Source: the human T2T-CHM13v2.0 reference genome, Homo sapiens
Assembly (NCBI RefSeq): GCF_009914755.1
Contig: NC_060937.1
DNA: 64,000 bases
Strand: one strand, 5' to 3'
How positions within the stretch are numbered: the stretch's first letter is position 1; each line of letters opens with the position of its first letter. The notes under the pieces are model-generated. The model did not search any database. It saw nothing but the letters and a program-made list of their open reading frames with translations, and was not told the DNA's origin. Shown one piece after another: positions 63,481 through 64,000 of the stretch. A program made the position numbers and the translations under genes.

Positions 63481-64000
63481 AGTACTTAAAGTACTATTTC
63501 TAGTAGTTTCCATTAGCATTCCCAAGCTATTTTTACATGTCAGTCTCAATTGTCTCGTTTTCATCATGGGAATTAGTGTGTGGTATATAAAATTAGTCTA
63601 TATATTATTACTACATATAGTTTATAAACTATAATGCACCTATACTATGTAATATAAACATTTTATTTTAATGTGTTAATATATTTGTACTTGTTAACTT
63701 GCATTTTGTTAGTATATGCATGAGTTGATATAAGCTGCATAATATCAGCAAATACATACTACATAATTTCAGCATATATCAATATGTATTTCAGTTATAT
63801 AAAATTTATTTCTGCCTACAAAAAAGGATTAATTACATTTGAACTTAATTCAGGGTGGTCTTAATGGCTGCTGCATTCTCCTCCATTCATAGTGACACAC
63901 CACAGCAAGTACAAGTCCTTAAACTAATGTCAAACTCACGGATTTCCGAGCCCCACTTGGGGGCTCTCATACTTCAAACAGCATGTGCCACCACAAATCT

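Overview
Human non-coding genomic DNA (intronic or intergenic). A human-specific AluYb8 at 14160 fixes the species. No protein-coding exon, RNA gene or CpG island can be supported. The ORF track reflects chance ORFs, Alu or microsatellite translations, and fragments of a dead Tigger4 transposase. Much of the window is interspersed repeat: about 17 Alus or Alu monomers, old L1 fragments, L2/MIR, MaLR/ERV solo LTRs (MSTB, MLT1, MLT2, LTR1, MER74-like) and Tc1/mariner-pogo DNA transposons. The standout structure is at 9.3-19.2 kb. An old L1 is split by a near full-length Tigger4 (Zombi), in which a ~21-bp AT-rich spacer near the 3' end has expanded into ~3.4 kb of almost pure A/T sequence. That tract contains inverted fragments of the transposon, nascent minisatellites and an AluYb8. 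It is followed by a ~1-kb-period duplication of the transposon end plus L1 junction. I see no evidence for a new gene system; the novelty here is a record of local genome instability. Repeat subfamily calls come from recalled consensus motifs, not a database search, and boundaries of old repeats are approximate.
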